From NCBI GenBank assembly GCA_963978095.1, contig CAXBQP010000022.1:1-46427 (forward strand): 46,427 bases of DNA, read 5' to 3'. Shown here one piece after another: positions 1 through 10,977 of this stretch (the stretch's first letter is position 1; each line of letters opens with the position of its first letter). Source of the DNA: an uncultured bacterium. GTDB taxonomy: Bacteria; Gemmatimonadota; Gemmatimonadetes; Gemmatimonadales; Gemmatimonadaceae. The position numbers were made by a program, and so were the translations under genes. The notes under the pieces were generated by a model. The model was not told the origin of the DNA and ran no database searches. It saw only the letters and a program-made list of their open reading frames with translations.

Positions 1-40
1 CCCCGCGTGTCGTTTGGCGGCGTGGTGTGGTCGTCTGGAC

Positions 41-960
41 TCAGATCGCGAGCGTTCCCTCGCACACCATGACGGCATGGCCCCCCACCCGCACCGCGGT
101 GATGGTGCCGGCCGTCTTGTCGGCTTCGAGCTCGAGTCGGCTGGGGCGTCCCATCTCCACCCCTTGATCGACCGTCCATCGCAACGTGCCGTCCCGCTGT
201 GAGCTGATCCCGGCGAGGTAGCCGGCGAGGGCGGCGTTGGCCGACCCCGTGGCCGGATCCTCGGGCACATTGAGTCCCGGCACGAAACACCGGGCGTGCA
301 GGTGGTGTTCGCCGCCGCCCGGATTCTTGGCGACGACGAAGACTTCCGAGGCCCAACTGCCCTTCAGGGCGCGCTCCCACGTATCGATCCGCAGCCGCGC
401 GCGGGACACCGCGTCCACGGAACGGAGGGGGACGATGAGGAAGGGGAGTCCGCAGGAGACGCCGGCCGGCGCCATCGGCGCGCCGAGCAGGTCTTCGGGG
501 TCGAGCATGAGCATCTCGGCCAGTGTGTCCCGCGAGGGAGCGGGCGGGCCGAACTCCGGAAGCTGCGCGACCGCGAACTGCGCGAAGAACGTCCCGTGCG
601 GGGTGGCGCGCACCGTCACCGGAATCGGACCGACCTTCTCGTCGAGCAGGAGCTGCGACTCGCCCTCGCGCGAGCCGGCGAGCCCGAGTTGCACGAGCGC
701 GATGGCCGTCCCGACCGTGGGATGGCCTGCGAATGGGACCTCGGCCCCCGGCGTGAAGATCCGGACGGTCGAGGAGAACCGGGGATCCGTCGGCGGATAG
801 CAGAAGGTCGTTTCGGAGTAGTTGAACTCGCGCGTGATCGTGAGCAACAACTCCTCCGGGATCCCGCGCGCATCGGGGAAGACCGCGAGCTGGTTTCCCC
901 CGAAGGCGCGATCGGTGAAGACGTCGAGCGTGACGTAGCGAACGCGGACGTCGCTCGGCG

Positions 961-964
<4 letters not shown>
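41..964 (-). CDS. PhzF family (diaminopimelate epimerase-like) isomerase/epimerase
   Basis: 3' part of ORF 41..3367. Motifs DVFT..FGGNQLAV, NYSETTF, EVPFAGHPT, EDPATGSA, QGVEMGRPS. GTG start at 964 overlaps the TGA of the upstream gene (GTGA). Confidence 0.9.
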
Positions 965-2598
<1,634 letters not shown>

Positions 2599-2794
2599 GG
2601 CGGGTTCCGTGCGAATGGGAGTGCGCATTGGCGGCCCGTGGTGGGCCACCGCGGAAAGATACCGAGGGCCGCGCGCCAACGGTGAGTGGGTGCGCTCGGG
2701 GACACGACGCCCGAGGGTCGCGCCGATGGCGTCGACCGGTCAGATTCCACGAGACGTGCTGCGCGCGGATCCTCCAACGACGAGAAACGACTAC

Positions 2795-3541
2795 GTGCCG
2801 CTGAATGTGCTGTTGGCCGACGACGATCCGACGATGCGGGTCTTGCTGTCGCACGTGATCGTCCAGGCCGGCCATACCGTCACGGCAGTGGCGGCGGATG
2901 GGGAGGCGGCGTGGCACGCCTTCGTCGCCGCCCCCGCGCCGGTGCTGATCCTCGATTGGGAGATGCCGCGACTCGACGGACTCGCGCTCTGCCGCCGGAT
3001 CCGCGCGTCGGAGCACGGCGATGTGCCGTTCATCCTGATCGTGACGGCGCGCGACAGCTCGGAGGACCTCACCGAGGTGCTCGATGCGGGCGCGGACGAC
3101 TACATGGAGAAGCCGGTGACGCCCAACCGGCTGCAGGCCCGCCTGCGCATCGCCGAGCGACGGATCGAGGTCTCGGCGGCGCGTCGGACGGCGGAGGCCG
3201 AGTTGCAGAAGGCCCGGTATCTGGCCGGCATCGGCGAGACGTCGCTCGCGTTGCAGCATGAGATCAACAATCCGCTCGCAGCACTGCTCTCCCACGCCAC
3301 GCTCATCGAGCAGCACATGCTCGACGAGCGGGAGGAGCGCGAGGCCTTGGCGACCATCGCCGCGCAAGCGCGGCGGATCGCCGAGGTGGTGAAGCGGCTG
3401 CGGGAGATCCAGAATCCCCGGAGCGTGGAGTACCTCGGCAGTGCGCGGATGATCGACATCAACCCGAAGACGCGGGCGCCTGGCGACGGTGTCGGGGGGA
3501 CGGCGCCCGCGGGGGAGCCGCCGACGGAGCCGCGGTCGTGA
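2795..3541 (+). CDS. Response regulator receiver domain fused to a HisKA/DHp-like helix pair, with no ATPase domain
   Basis: VLLADDD, ILDWEMPRLDG (phosphoacceptor Asp), IVTAR, GADDYMEKP, then H-box LQHEINNPL. Probable GTG start at 2795. Confidence 0.85.
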   Translation: MPLNVLLADDDPTMRVLLSHVIVQAGHTVTAVAADGEAAWHAFVAAPAPVLILDWEMPRLDGLALCRRIRASEHGDVPFILIVTARDSSEDLTEVLDAGADDYMEKPVTPNRLQARLRIAERRIEVSAARRTAEAELQKARYLAGIGETSLALQHEINNPLAALLSHATLIEQHMLDEREEREALATIAAQARRIAEVVKRLREIQNPRSVEYLGSARMIDINPKTRAPGDGVGGTAPAGEPPTEPRS

Positions 3542-4455
3542 TCGGCGCGGAGCGTCGACGGTACCTCGGCGTGCATCCGAGCGACGCCGGCGGGATGGTA
3601 CGAGCTGTGCAGCGGGCGGCGGCGGCCGGCGCCCGTGCCATGCAGCTCTTCACCGCCCCTCCGACCTACTACAACGAAAAGGTCACGATCAAGCCCGAGC
3701 GCGCGGCCGCGTTTGGCGCGGCGCTCGATGCCGCCGGCATCCAGCCGCGGCATGTGATCGTCCATGGCGCGTACGTGCTGAATACGGCGTCGCCCGAGGC
3801 GCTCAAGGCCACGCGTGCGGCGAGTGGGCTGGCCAAGGAGCTCGAGCGCAGTACCGCGTTGGGGGTCGGCGGCTTCTGTTTTCATCCCGGGTCCGCCGGT
3901 CCGGGGGATCCGGACGCGGCGTGCGATCAGGTCGGGGACGCGATCACCCGCGCGCTCGAGCTCGTTCCCGAGACGGCCAGCGGGACGCGGTTGCTCATTG
4001 AGAACACCGCCGGCGCGGGAAAGACGATGGGGCGGTCCGCCGCCGAGATCGCGCGGATGCTCGCGCGCGTGCCGTCGGCGCTGCGGCATCGCACCGGGTA
4101 TGGGCTCGATACGTGTCACTTGTTCGCGAGTGGACACGACATCGCGAGTTCCGCCGCGGCGCAGCGGGAGGTGCTGGAATCGTTCGCCGCGACGATCGGC
4201 GAGCGGCCCGCGTTCCTCCACCTGAACGACAGTCAGCATCCGTATGGCTCCAACAAGGATCGCCATGCGCTGATCGGTGAGGGTGCGATCGGGGTGGAGT
4301 GCTTCCGCTGGTTGCTGGCGGACCCGTTCTCCGAGGGGATTCCCCTGATTCTCGAGACGCCGTCGGAGCTCGCGGAGGTGGCGGATGACGACGTGTCCGC
4401 GGACCCGGCGGACGTGCGAATGCTCCGGCTCCTGGAGTCGCTCGAGGCGCTCTAG
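3538..4455 (+). CDS. nfo: Endonuclease IV (deoxyribonuclease IV)
   Basis: Zn-ligand motifs HGAY, FHPG, IENTAG, DTCHLFA, HLND, DRH, ILET. GTGA overlap with the upstream gene. Confidence 0.9.
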   Translation: MIGAERRRYLGVHPSDAGGMVRAVQRAAAAGARAMQLFTAPPTYYNEKVTIKPERAAAFGAALDAAGIQPRHVIVHGAYVLNTASPEALKATRAASGLAKELERSTALGVGGFCFHPGSAGPGDPDAACDQVGDAITRALELVPETASGTRLLIENTAGAGKTMGRSAAEIARMLARVPSALRHRTGYGLDTCHLFASGHDIASSAAAQREVLESFAATIGERPAFLHLNDSQHPYGSNKDRHALIGEGAIGVECFRWLLADPFSEGIPLILETPSELAEVADDDVSADPADVRMLRLLESLEAL

Positions 4456-4512
4456 CGCGGATTTTCGGCGACATCGCCTGTTCTCAGAGGGGCGGTCGAG
4501 GGAAACTGCCTA

Positions 4513-4540
4513 TTGCGCTCTCTGGTGGAGCAATTACTTT
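4513..4540 (+). promoter_or_regulatory. Candidate sigma70-type promoter for the SWIB gene
   Basis: TTGCGC-N16-TACTTT in an AT-richer intergenic stretch about 70 nt upstream of ATG 4611. RBS GAGGAG precedes the ATG. Confidence 0.35.
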
Positions 4541-4610
4541 CGAGGTGTTGGAGCGTGTTGTCACCGAGTCGCACGCGTTGCATCACTTCATCCTTTCGAG
4601 GAGATTCTCG

Positions 4611-4943
4611 ATGGCCGCCAAGAAGAAGGCTGCAAAGAAGGTCGCGAAGAAGGCCGTGAAGAAGGTCGCGAAGAAGCCGGCGAAGAAGACCAAGCGCACG
4701 CCGAACGCCGCGTTCATGAAGCCGGTCACGCCGGATGCCGCGCTCGCCGCGATCGTCGGCGACAAGCCGCTGCCGCGCACCGAGCTCACCAAGAAGCTCT
4801 GGGCGTACATCAAGAAGAACGGCTGCCAGGATACCAAGAACAAGCGCATGATCAACCCGGACGAGAAGCTCAAGGGCGTGCTCGGCGGGAAGCAGATCAA
4901 CATGTTCAAGATGACGGCTGAGGTTTCCAAGCACGTCAAGTAA
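4611..4943 (+). CDS. SWIB/MDM2 domain protein with Lys/Ala-rich N-terminal tail
   Basis: MAAKKKAAKKVAKKAVKKVAKKPAKK followed by AFMKPVTPDAALAAIVG..PLPRTELTKKLWAYIKKNGCQD..NKRMINPDEKL. Strong RBS. Confidence 0.92.
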   Translation: MAAKKKAAKKVAKKAVKKVAKKPAKKTKRTPNAAFMKPVTPDAALAAIVGDKPLPRTELTKKLWAYIKKNGCQDTKNKRMINPDEKLKGVLGGKQINMFKMTAEVSKHVK

Positions 4944-4967
4944 ACCGACCGGCTCTTCGGTCGTTCG

Positions 4968-5007
4968 AGCGGGGCGCATCCCACCGGGGTGCGCCCCGCT
5001 TGCTGTT
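4968..5007 (+). terminator. Intrinsic terminator-like hairpin after the SWIB gene
   Basis: agcggggcgcatccc-acc-ggggtgcgccccgct: 15-bp stem with one G:U pair, followed by a weak U tract (tgctgtt). Confidence 0.65.
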
Positions 5008-5135
5008 GCGCCGGCGGGCGCGCCACCCTTGCCCACAGCGTTTCGCAGGGCAGATTCCGTGGGCGTGACATCGTGCGCGGCATCGGTTGCGCCGCGGGTC
5101 GCGAGCATTCCATCACTCTGCCCTGCACATTCGTC

Positions 5136-5927
5136 GTGGCCAAAAAAGCACCTGCCAAGAGAGGGACCGTCGCCGCTGCGCGCAGCGGGACGAAGGGGAG
5201 TTCCGGCAACGCCCTTCGCGGCGCATGGGAGTTCGTCAAGTCGATCGCGGGGACGGTCGCGCTCTTTCTCGTCCTGCGCACGTTCTTCATCGAAGCGTAT
5301 CGGATTCCGTCGGGCTCCATGATCCCCACGATGCTCGTGGGTGACTGGCTGTTCGTGAACAAGTTGCGGTTCGGGCCGAACATCCCCTTCACGTCGATCA
5401 ACCTGCCGGGCTACGCCGAGCCGTCGCGGGGCGATGTGGTGGTGTTCGTGTCCCCGTATCAGGCCGACAACGGCGACGACCCGACCCCGATCCTCGTGAA
5501 GCGGCTGATCGGCATGCCGGGCGATACGATCTACGGGCGTGAGGGCGTGGTCTACATCAACGGGCAGGCACAGCGTCAGGGGTTCGCCTCGGCGGATCAG
5601 ACGCCCGGGGACGGCACCATGGTCGCGCCGAACTTCGATTGGCAGAAGCCGCTCGGGCTCAAGAACACGCGGTTCGGCTCGGCGCCGGCGCAGCCGTCCG
5701 TGGATACCTGGGGGCCGCTGGTGGTCCCGCCGCGGCATTTCTGGATGATGGGTGACAATCGGTACGACTCCAAGGACAGCCGTTTTTGGGGCTTCGTGCC
5801 GCGCGAGAATGTCCGGGGCCGTCCGCTGTTCGTGTACTACTCGTACGTGCCGCAGGAGGCGAGCGATCGGCCGGTGTCGTTCCTCACCGACATTCGTTGG
5901 AGCCGACTCGGTCACATGATCCGCTGA
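5136..5927 (+). CDS. lepB: Signal peptidase I
   Basis: TM segment then IPSGSMIPT (Ser), GDWLFVNK, RGDVVVF, LVKRLIGMPGD (Lys), MMGDNRYDSKDSRFWG. Probable GTG start at 5136. Confidence 0.93.
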   Translation: MAKKAPAKRGTVAAARSGTKGSSGNALRGAWEFVKSIAGTVALFLVLRTFFIEAYRIPSGSMIPTMLVGDWLFVNKLRFGPNIPFTSINLPGYAEPSRGDVVVFVSPYQADNGDDPTPILVKRLIGMPGDTIYGREGVVYINGQAQRQGFASADQTPGDGTMVAPNFDWQKPLGLKNTRFGSAPAQPSVDTWGPLVVPPRHFWMMGDNRYDSKDSRFWGFVPRENVRGRPLFVYYSYVPQEASDRPVSFLTDIRWSRLGHMIR

Positions 5928-5953
5928 TTCTTCCCTTTCGACGGAGCAGAGCC

Positions 5954-6415
5954 ATGATGCGTGCATGTGTCCTGTCGGCGCTCGTCCTGTGTGCGGCGCC
6001 GGTCTCCCTGTCCGCCCAGTCCACCGCCGCGCCCAAGCCGGAGTTCCTGCAACCCTACGGTCCCACGACGCGCCCCTTCTCGCCGGCGGTGAAAGTGGGG
6101 AACATGCTCTACCTCGCGGGACAGGTCGGGACCGGACCGAGCGCGGCGGGAAGCGTCGTGCCGGGCGGGATCGCCGCCGAGACCAAGCAGGTGATGCTGA
6201 ACATCAAGGACGTGCTCGAGAAGTCGGGGAGCGACATGGAGCACGTGGTCAAGTGCACCGTGTTCATGGCCGACATGAAGGAGTGGGACGCCATGAACGA
6301 GGTCTATCGGACCTTCTTCACCAACGGGAAGTATCCGGCGCGGAGCGCGTTCGGGACGAGCGGATTGGCGCTGAATGCGCGCGTCGAGATCGAGTGCGTG
6401 GCGACGGTGAAGTGA
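5954..6415 (+). CDS. RidA/YjgF family protein with N-terminal signal peptide
   Basis: PFSPAVKVGNMLYLAGQVG, VVKCTVFM, MNEVY, YPARSA, ARVEIEC. Hydrophobic N-terminus ending ..SLSA-Q. Confidence 0.88.
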   Translation: MMRACVLSALVLCAAPVSLSAQSTAAPKPEFLQPYGPTTRPFSPAVKVGNMLYLAGQVGTGPSAAGSVVPGGIAAETKQVMLNIKDVLEKSGSDMEHVVKCTVFMADMKEWDAMNEVYRTFFTNGKYPARSAFGTSGLALNARVEIECVATVK

Positions 6416-7425
6416 GGGGCTTCGGCGTGCGGTCGTTGGTGCGGCGCGTGCTGGTCACGGGCGCGGTTCTGCTCGCCGCGCCGATCGTGGGAGGGGGCGC
6501 CGGCGCGCAGGTGGCGCACGGTCGCGTCATCACCGACACGCTCTGGTCACCGTCCCTTGGCGCCAAGAAGGCCGTGGTGGTCTACCTCCCGCCCTCATAC
6601 GAGACGCAGCCGTCCCGCCGCTATCCCGTGGCCTATTATCTGCACGGCGTCTCCGGCGACGAGAGCAACTGGAGCAGGCTCGGCGGGATCGCGACCGTCG
6701 CCGATTCCCTCGCGGCGCGCGGTGTCCCCGAGATGATCCTCGTGATGCCCGACGGCGACGACTCGTGGTACACGACCTGGAACGTGCTGATCACGTTTGA
6801 CCAGTGCAAGGCGGGGAAGTACTCCAAGGAGGATCCCAGTACCTTCTGCGTACCGTGGGGCCACTACGACGAGTACGTCGCCCGCGATCTCGTCCAGTGG
6901 AGCGATCGGCGCTTTCGGACGGTGGCGGATCGTGCGCATCGCGGAATCGGCGGGCTCTCGATGGGGGGCTACGGTGCATTCACGCTGGCGCTGGGGTATC
7001 CCGACGTGTTCGCCGCGGCGGCTTCGCACTCCGGGGTATTGTCCCCGATGTATGCGGGGGCGCATCCGTTCCAGGCGCCGCCGCGGTACGCGGCCGGTGT
7101 GGAGCCACTGGGGGAACTGGCGTGGGCCAGGAACTTCGCGACCGTCCCCCAAGTGTTCGGCCGTGACAGCACGGGCTGGTGGGCGCGCGACCCGGCGCGT
7201 CGTTTGACGCGGCTCATCGCCGCCCGCACGCCGCTGCCGGCGCTGTTCGCCGATGTCGGGATCGACGATCCCTACGCCGATCAATCGCGCGCATTCCGGT
7301 GGGAAGCCGAGCGGGCGGGGGTTGCGGTCGCGTATCGCGAGTGGCCGGGTACCCACAATTGGGCGTACTGGCGGGGACACGTCGGGGAGAGTCTCCGCTT
7401 CCTCGCCGGCGAGATCGCGAAGTGA
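6412..7425 (+). CDS. Secreted alpha/beta-hydrolase (FrmB/antigen-85-like esterase family)
   Basis: VYLPPSY, YPVAYYLHG, nucleophile elbow GLSMGG, DVGIDD, GTHNWAYW. Signal peptide present. Start GTG 6412 or 6427. Confidence 0.85.
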   Translation: MRGFGVRSLVRRVLVTGAVLLAAPIVGGGAGAQVAHGRVITDTLWSPSLGAKKAVVVYLPPSYETQPSRRYPVAYYLHGVSGDESNWSRLGGIATVADSLAARGVPEMILVMPDGDDSWYTTWNVLITFDQCKAGKYSKEDPSTFCVPWGHYDEYVARDLVQWSDRRFRTVADRAHRGIGGLSMGGYGAFTLALGYPDVFAAAASHSGVLSPMYAGAHPFQAPPRYAAGVEPLGELAWARNFATVPQVFGRDSTGWWARDPARRLTRLIAARTPLPALFADVGIDDPYADQSRAFRWEAERAGVAVAYREWPGTHNWAYWRGHVGESLRFLAGEIAK

Positions 7426-7973
7426 CGGAGTTCTTTCCGCGGCGCAGCATCGCCTGGACGCTCGAGGATCCGGCGGCGTTCCGTCGACTCTCGCTGTCGT
7501 TGCCGCAGATGGCCCTCGTCACCGGAATCATCCTGCGCCTCTGGCGATCGTACACTTTCACGCACGGTTCGCCCGACAGCTACCTGTGGGTGGGGGGAAC
7601 CTTCCTCGTGGGCACGACCTTCCTGTTCCTGATGCTCACGTGGCACATCGGGAACTACACCCTGCGCAACTGGCTGTGGCGGGCACCGCTGTTCGCTGTC
7701 CTCGAGTCCGGCACCGAGATCGTGGTGAGTCTGGCGCTCACGACGCTCGGCCTCGAACCCCTTGGCGCGCAGATGGCCGAGCTCAGTGACTGGCTTCCGA
7801 CGGCGACACGCGTCCTGGTGGTGCGGGTCGTCGGCATCCTCCTGTTCACGATCGTGCTGGCCATCGTCGTGAGCATCGTTCGGCGTCTCCTCGTGGCGAA
7901 CGAGGGACGCACCTCCACCGCCGTGCGCATCAGTCGCGCGTCGGTCGAGCAGCCGGCGGCACACGAACCCTGA
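7422..7973 (+). CDS. Hypothetical membrane protein (about 4 TM helices)
   Basis: GTGA overlap with the esterase stop. Several hydrophobic stretches. No family recognised. Confidence 0.7.
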   Translation: MTEFFPRRSIAWTLEDPAAFRRLSLSLPQMALVTGIILRLWRSYTFTHGSPDSYLWVGGTFLVGTTFLFLMLTWHIGNYTLRNWLWRAPLFAVLESGTEIVVSLALTTLGLEPLGAQMAELSDWLPTATRVLVVRVVGILLFTIVLAIVVSIVRRLLVANEGRTSTAVRISRASVEQPAAHEP

Positions 7974-8020
7974 GCCGCCGCCTCCCCATCACGGTTCCGC
8001 CCTTTCGACCGAGGAGTTCC

Positions 8021-9418
8021 ATGCGTCTCTCTCCCCTCTGGCTCGGTGCGCTCGTGCTCGCGCCCTCACTCTCCGACGCGCAACAGGCGCCGGGTGGCAC
8101 CGCGACACGCCCGTTCGGCACGCTGCGTGACCAAGCGGTCATGCAACAGCACTGGTTGCAGGAACGGCTCGACACGTTCCTCCCCGCCCTGATGCGCACG
8201 CATGGTGTGGACCTCTGGGTGGTCCCCATGCGCGAGTACAACGAAGACCCGGTGTTCTCGGCGATCGTCGCGCCCGAGACGTTCTCGGCGCGGCGGCGCA
8301 CGATCTACGTCTTCTTCGACCGGTGTGCGGCCAGCGGCGCACCTCCAGCCGCGCGGTGCGTGGAGCGGATCGCCCTTGGCGGCACGACGCAAGGGGGCGT
8401 GTTCACCGCCCGCCGCTCGACCAAGGCGGTCGTGTCGGGGGCGGTGGGTGGCGGTCAGGCGGAGCTGTGGGGCGACGAGCAGTGGAGCGCGCTCAAGCAG
8501 GTCATCGAGGAGCGGCGTCCGCGCGTGATCGGCATCGACCGCTCGCGGACCTTCGCCTTCACCGACGGCCTCTCGAGCGGCGAGCTCGAGGGGATGACCG
8601 CCGCATTGGGCCCGGCGTGGGCCTCCAAGTTCAAGGACGCCGAAGCGTTGCCGCTGGAACTGCTCGCCAGTCGTCTCCCTGACGAGGAAGCCTTCTACGC
8701 CAAGATGCAGACGCTCGTCTGGTCCATGACGCAGGAGATGTTCTCCGCACGCGTCATCACCCCGGGCAAGACCCGCACGAGCGATCTGGTGTGGTGGTGG
8801 CGCCAGCGGGTGAACGATCAGGGGCTCGGCACCTGGTTCCAGCCCAGCATCGAGCTGCAGCGGAAAGGCGTCACGAGCGAGACGTTGGGGGAGGACCCGA
8901 TCATTCAGCGCGGCGACGTCCTGCACTGCGATGTGGGGATCACGGTGGCGCGCCTGAACACCGACACGCAACACATGGCCTACGTGTTGCTCCCAGGGGA
9001 AACGGACGCGCCGGCGGGACTCCGACAGGCCTTGGCCAACGCCAACCGCATGCAGGATTTCGCCATGCAGGAGATCAAGCCCGGCCGGACCGGGAACGAG
9101 ATTCTCCGCTCCGTGCTTGAGCGTGGGCGTGCACAGGGGATCGACGGCACCATGTATTCCCATCCGATCGGCCTGCATGGGCATGGAGCGGGACCGCTGA
9201 TCGGACTGTGGGACTATCAGGATGGTGTCCCCGGACGCGGTGACGCCGTGGTGATCCCGAACATGTGGTACTCGATCGAACTGCAGGCCACGACGCCTGT
9301 ACCGGAATGGGGCGGACAACCGGTGCGCATGGCGCAGGAGGAGGACATGGTGATGGGCGCCGACGGGAAGCCGCGTTGGGCGCTCCGCCGACAGGATCGG
9401 CTGTTCCTGATCAAGTGA
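8021..9418 (+). CDS. Secreted M24 family metallopeptidase (Xaa-Pro aminopeptidase-like)
   Basis: RBS GAGGAG and signal peptide. Metal-site motifs HCDVG, NTDTQ, SHPIGLHGH, SIE, QEED. Confidence 0.85.
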   Translation: MRLSPLWLGALVLAPSLSDAQQAPGGTATRPFGTLRDQAVMQQHWLQERLDTFLPALMRTHGVDLWVVPMREYNEDPVFSAIVAPETFSARRRTIYVFFDRCAASGAPPAARCVERIALGGTTQGGVFTARRSTKAVVSGAVGGGQAELWGDEQWSALKQVIEERRPRVIGIDRSRTFAFTDGLSSGELEGMTAALGPAWASKFKDAEALPLELLASRLPDEEAFYAKMQTLVWSMTQEMFSARVITPGKTRTSDLVWWWRQRVNDQGLGTWFQPSIELQRKGVTSETLGEDPIIQRGDVLHCDVGITVARLNTDTQHMAYVLLPGETDAPAGLRQALANANRMQDFAMQEIKPGRTGNEILRSVLERGRAQGIDGTMYSHPIGLHGHGAGPLIGLWDYQDGVPGRGDAVVIPNMWYSIELQATTPVPEWGGQPVRMAQEEDMVMGADGKPRWALRRQDRLFLIK

Positions 9419-9438
9419 ATCGCGACGGAGACCGGGGC

Positions 9439-9795
9439 ATGGGCAAGGGGGACAAAAAGTTGCTGGTCGTGGGTGACCGCGTGCTGGTGAAGATCGAAGA
9501 AGGGGACGAGCGCTCGAAGGTCGGGCTGTATCTGCCCGCGACCGCGGTGGACAATCAGGCGGTGCAGGGGGGCACGGTCGTGGCGACCGGTCCGGGGACT
9601 CCACTGCCTGCGGTGGAGGACCACTTCGACGAACCGTGGCGCATCTCGGGGAGCAAGGACACCCGTTATGTTCCGATGCAGGCGCGCGTGGGCGACTATG
9701 CGCTGTTTTTCCGCAAAGCCGCGGTCGAGATCACCTTCGAGAACGAACGGTTCCTGGTGGTGCCGCAAGCGGCGATTCTGACGTTGGCCCGTTGA
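9439..9795 (+). CDS. GroES/Cpn10-like co-chaperonin family protein (no adjacent groEL)
   Basis: VGDRVLVK, mobile loop ERSKVGLYLP, GTVVATGPG, VPMQARVGDYALF, EITFENERFLVVPQAAIL. Confidence 0.82.
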   Translation: MGKGDKKLLVVGDRVLVKIEEGDERSKVGLYLPATAVDNQAVQGGTVVATGPGTPLPAVEDHFDEPWRISGSKDTRYVPMQARVGDYALFFRKAAVEITFENERFLVVPQAAILTLAR

Positions 9796-9814
9796 GGCAC
9801 AGGAGCGAGAGACG

Positions 9815-10252
9815 ATGATGTACGACGAACGCATGGTCACGCCGATGCGACAGGAACTGACGCGCCTTGGCGTGGAAGAGCTGCGCACGGCGGCTGACGT
9901 GGATGCCAAGCTGAAGGACCAGAAAGGGACCGCGCTCGTGGTGGTGAACTCGGTGTGCGGATGTGCCGCGCGCAACGCCCGCCCGGCGATTGCGTTCGCC
10001 ATGCAGCACTCGGCCACGCCGGACCACGCCTACACGGTGTTCGCCGGCCAGGACCCGGACGCCACGCGACAGGCGCGCGGCTACTTCACGGGGTACGCGC
10101 CGAGCTCGCCGCAGATCGGGATGTTCAAGGACGGCAAGGTGGTGTTCATGTTGGAGCGCTGGCAGATCGAGGGACGCTCGGCCCAGGCGATCGCGGCCGA
10201 CTTGGTGGGGGCGTTCGACAAGTTCTGCGCTCCCGAGGGCACGGCGGCGTAG
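9815..10252 (+). CDS. BrxA/BrxB family bacilliredoxin (DUF1094)
   Basis: MVTPMRQELT, VVVNSVCGCAA (CGC motif), TVFAGQD..AT..AR, PSSPQIGMFKDG, ERWQIEGR. Confidence 0.92.
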   Translation: MMYDERMVTPMRQELTRLGVEELRTAADVDAKLKDQKGTALVVVNSVCGCAARNARPAIAFAMQHSATPDHAYTVFAGQDPDATRQARGYFTGYAPSSPQIGMFKDGKVVFMLERWQIEGRSAQAIAADLVGAFDKFCAPEGTAA

Positions 10253-10295
10253 GTCGCGGCTCCCGCCGAAGCCGTTGCGGGGGTGTGCACCACTT

Positions 10296-10967
10296 ATGAC
10301 GGATCAGGCACCGGAAGAAGCGCCGAAGCGCACCGTGATCGGGAAAGGGCCGCTGCGCACTCCCGATCCCCAGATTCTGATGCCCACTGGCAGTCTGCAA
10401 GACCGCTCCACGGACGAGCTGCGCTTCGTCCGTGGCGGCGCCGAGCGCCAGGGATCGTTCACCGGGGTCTCCGGCACCGGGCTGATGCTCGTCGGGGCGA
10501 TCGCGTGCGGAGCGTGGTGGTGGGGGCGCGGGATGCGCTTCGACCTCGACGCGCCGAGTCTGCTGGCCATCTGGCTGTCGTCGGCGTTCGCGGCGGTCGT
10601 CGTGACGGTCTGGGCGGTTCGCGAAAAAGCCGACCAGCGGCGGCAGTCGTTGCGTAAGGGTGCCGGTCGGCGCTTCCTGATCGCCTTTCTGCCGACGGTG
10701 CTGGCCGGCGTCGTCCTCACGGTCCTCTTCTTCGTCCGCGATCAGACCGGATGGCTGCCGGGCACGTGGCTGACGCTCTACGGGGCAGCGGTGGCCGCCG
10801 GCGGGGCGACGTCAGTGAAACCAGTGCCCATCATGGGGGCCCTCTTCATGCTGCTGGGTGTGGCCGCTTTCCTGCATCCGGGGCGGTCGCCACTGCTGTT
10901 GCTGGCCGGCTTCGGGGTATTACATCTGGCGTTCGGCTGGTTGCTGCGCACGCGATACGGCGGTTAG
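10296..10967 (+). CDS. Hypothetical integral membrane protein (about 6 TM helices)
   Basis: ATG 10296. LRFVR...SFTGVSG, WLTLYG, GFGVLHLAFG, with multiple hydrophobic helices. Confidence 0.7.
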   Translation: MTDQAPEEAPKRTVIGKGPLRTPDPQILMPTGSLQDRSTDELRFVRGGAERQGSFTGVSGTGLMLVGAIACGAWWWGRGMRFDLDAPSLLAIWLSSAFAAVVVTVWAVREKADQRRQSLRKGAGRRFLIAFLPTVLAGVVLTVLFFVRDQTGWLPGTWLTLYGAAVAAGGATSVKPVPIMGALFMLLGVAAFLHPGRSPLLLLAGFGVLHLAFGWLLRTRYGG

Positions 10968-10977
10968 CCGCACACCA

